A stretch of DNA of 44,293 nt from Agathobacter sp. Lineage in GTDB: Bacteria; Bacillota_I; Bacilli_A; RF39; UBA660. A program made the translations under genes and the position numbers. The DNA lies in assembly GCA_963628465.1 (NCBI GenBank), contig CAVGEW010000003.1:10634-54926 (forward strand), written 5' to 3'. The notes beneath the pieces were generated by a model, which was not told the DNA's origin, did not search any database, and saw nothing but the letters and a program-made list of their open reading frames with translations. Shown piece by piece: positions 43,323-44,293 of the stretch (within the stretch, counting starts at the first letter, position 1; each line of letters opens with the position of its first letter).

Positions 43323-44293
43323 GAAAAGAACGGATAAATCATGCAAGATAATGATATTTTATAATATTTTGGCTTTTGTTTTTTCTGCTTCTGCCTGTTT
43401 TCTATCTGTTTACTTAATACCCATAAACGACACAACTGATTTTAAATTTGAAATATTATCCACTTTAATTATAGTTTTTTTAATATCTTTTATATTTTGT
43501 GAGAAATTTTTAGAAAATGTTTTAGATTATATAAAAAATAATAAAATATTATCAGTATTTTTGTTTATAATTGATTTTGTATTAATAAGAAAATTTGAAT
43601 TTACAAAATTAAATGCAGTTTATAGTTTAATACCTGAAGATTTACGTTGGTTGTTTACTGATTATGCATTATTCTTATCTGGGATTGCTTGTTTTTTAAT
43701 TTTAATATATGTTGTTAATAAAAGCATACAGTTTTTCAAGGTTTTTTTAAAAACTCTCGATATGTGGGATAAAAAAACTTATACCATTGTTTCAATTGTT
43801 TTATTAATATTATTAGTAATAGTTTATGGTTTTAATCAAAATTTTTACTTACAATATGATAAGGTCTTTTCAATGGATTCTGGGTGGGTATATAATAGCA
43901 TGTTACCAAAACTTAATTATTATGACATAAGGCATCCATTTATAAGCGTATTTTATTTTCCAGTTTGGGCTGTTATTGAAACATTTTATAACAATGTTGT
44001 AGGTACTTCTTCTATAGTTTCTATAATGAAAGCAATAACTTTTCAATATATTAATGTTCAATTATTATTACTTATTGGATTGTATTTAAAAAAAATAACA
44101 AATAATAAGAATATATTTATTTTATATATGTTATCTTTTCCAACATTAACATATTTGTTCTTTTTTGAAAAGTATCAATTTTGTGTTTATATGTTAGTTA
44201 CTTATGTTTATTTGACTTGTTTAAATAAAGATGATAAATTTTTTATAACATCTGCTGCAGGTGTAATGCCTACAAGTTGTTTTATAGGTTTAA
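43298..44293 (+). CDS. Polytopic membrane protein, possible GT-C-type glycosyltransferase (partial; continues beyond the window)
   Basis: ATG at 43298, 7 nt after AGGAGG, overlapping the upstream gene by 25 nt. The open frame runs for 332 codons to the window end, which is why it is absent from the ORF track. It has many hydrophobic segments. Function is inferred from context only. Confidence 0.55.

Noticed and set aside
1-44293. Genetic code 4 (Mollicutes-type), suggested by the extreme AT richness
   Set aside because: Several well-supported genes end in TGA, including the rSAM fusion at 13853-13855, the 6421..7203 ORF and the FNT gene. Conserved proteins are full length under code 11.
1-44293. 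Integrated mobile element or prophage, tRNA genes, rRNA genes
   Set aside because: I could not recognise any integrase, transposase, recombinase, terminal inverted repeats or tRNA-like cloverleaf sequences. The only mobile-DNA traces are the pseudogene patch at 27.8-28.5 kb and the fic-remnant repeat.

Overview
This is a very AT-rich chromosomal segment from a low-GC Firmicute (Bacillota). TGA is used as a stop codon, so it is not a code-4 Mollicute. The backbone is housekeeping, and several blocks are syntenic with Bacillus subtilis: parE-parC, rpsP-ylqC, ylbD-ylbE-like, nusB...xseA...xseB-proS, ponA-recU / gpsB / rnpB (RNase P RNA), and rodZ-like-pgsA. An RNase J-like gene, an SSB paralogue, a compact UvrD-family helicase and an alr-like gene are also present. 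Accessory material sits between these blocks. (1) At 12.2-14.0 kb, a GNAT-radical SAM/SPASM fusion enzyme has a stop codon that overlaps the start of a 48-codon Cys-rich ORF missing from the ORF track. This is a candidate RiPP precursor and the best candidate for a new system. An intact fic gene follows it, and a 30-nt direct repeat (a fic 3' remnant) brackets the segment. (2) At 39.7-41.4 kb, a tightly packed three-gene operon of unrecognisable proteins lies between pgsA and a cell-envelope cluster, flanked by terminators and structured AT-rich DNA. (3) At 41.4-44.3 kb there is a UbiA-type polyprenyl-phosphate phosphoribosyltransferase, a HAD-GtrA fusion and a polytopic membrane protein that runs off the window. 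(4) At the 5' end, an XRE regulator sits next to two large repeat-rich surface proteins. (5) A lipoprotein-type sortase is translationally coupled to a secreted protein ending in VPNTEA. (6) A DUF11-like gene is broken at an A10 tract. (7) A decayed Bro-N/DinD-like pseudogene patch lies between nusB and xseA, and HD and GNAT genes are inserted between xseA and xseB. I found no tRNA, rRNA, CRISPR array, transposase or integrase. All calls come from reading motifs by eye; no database search was run.
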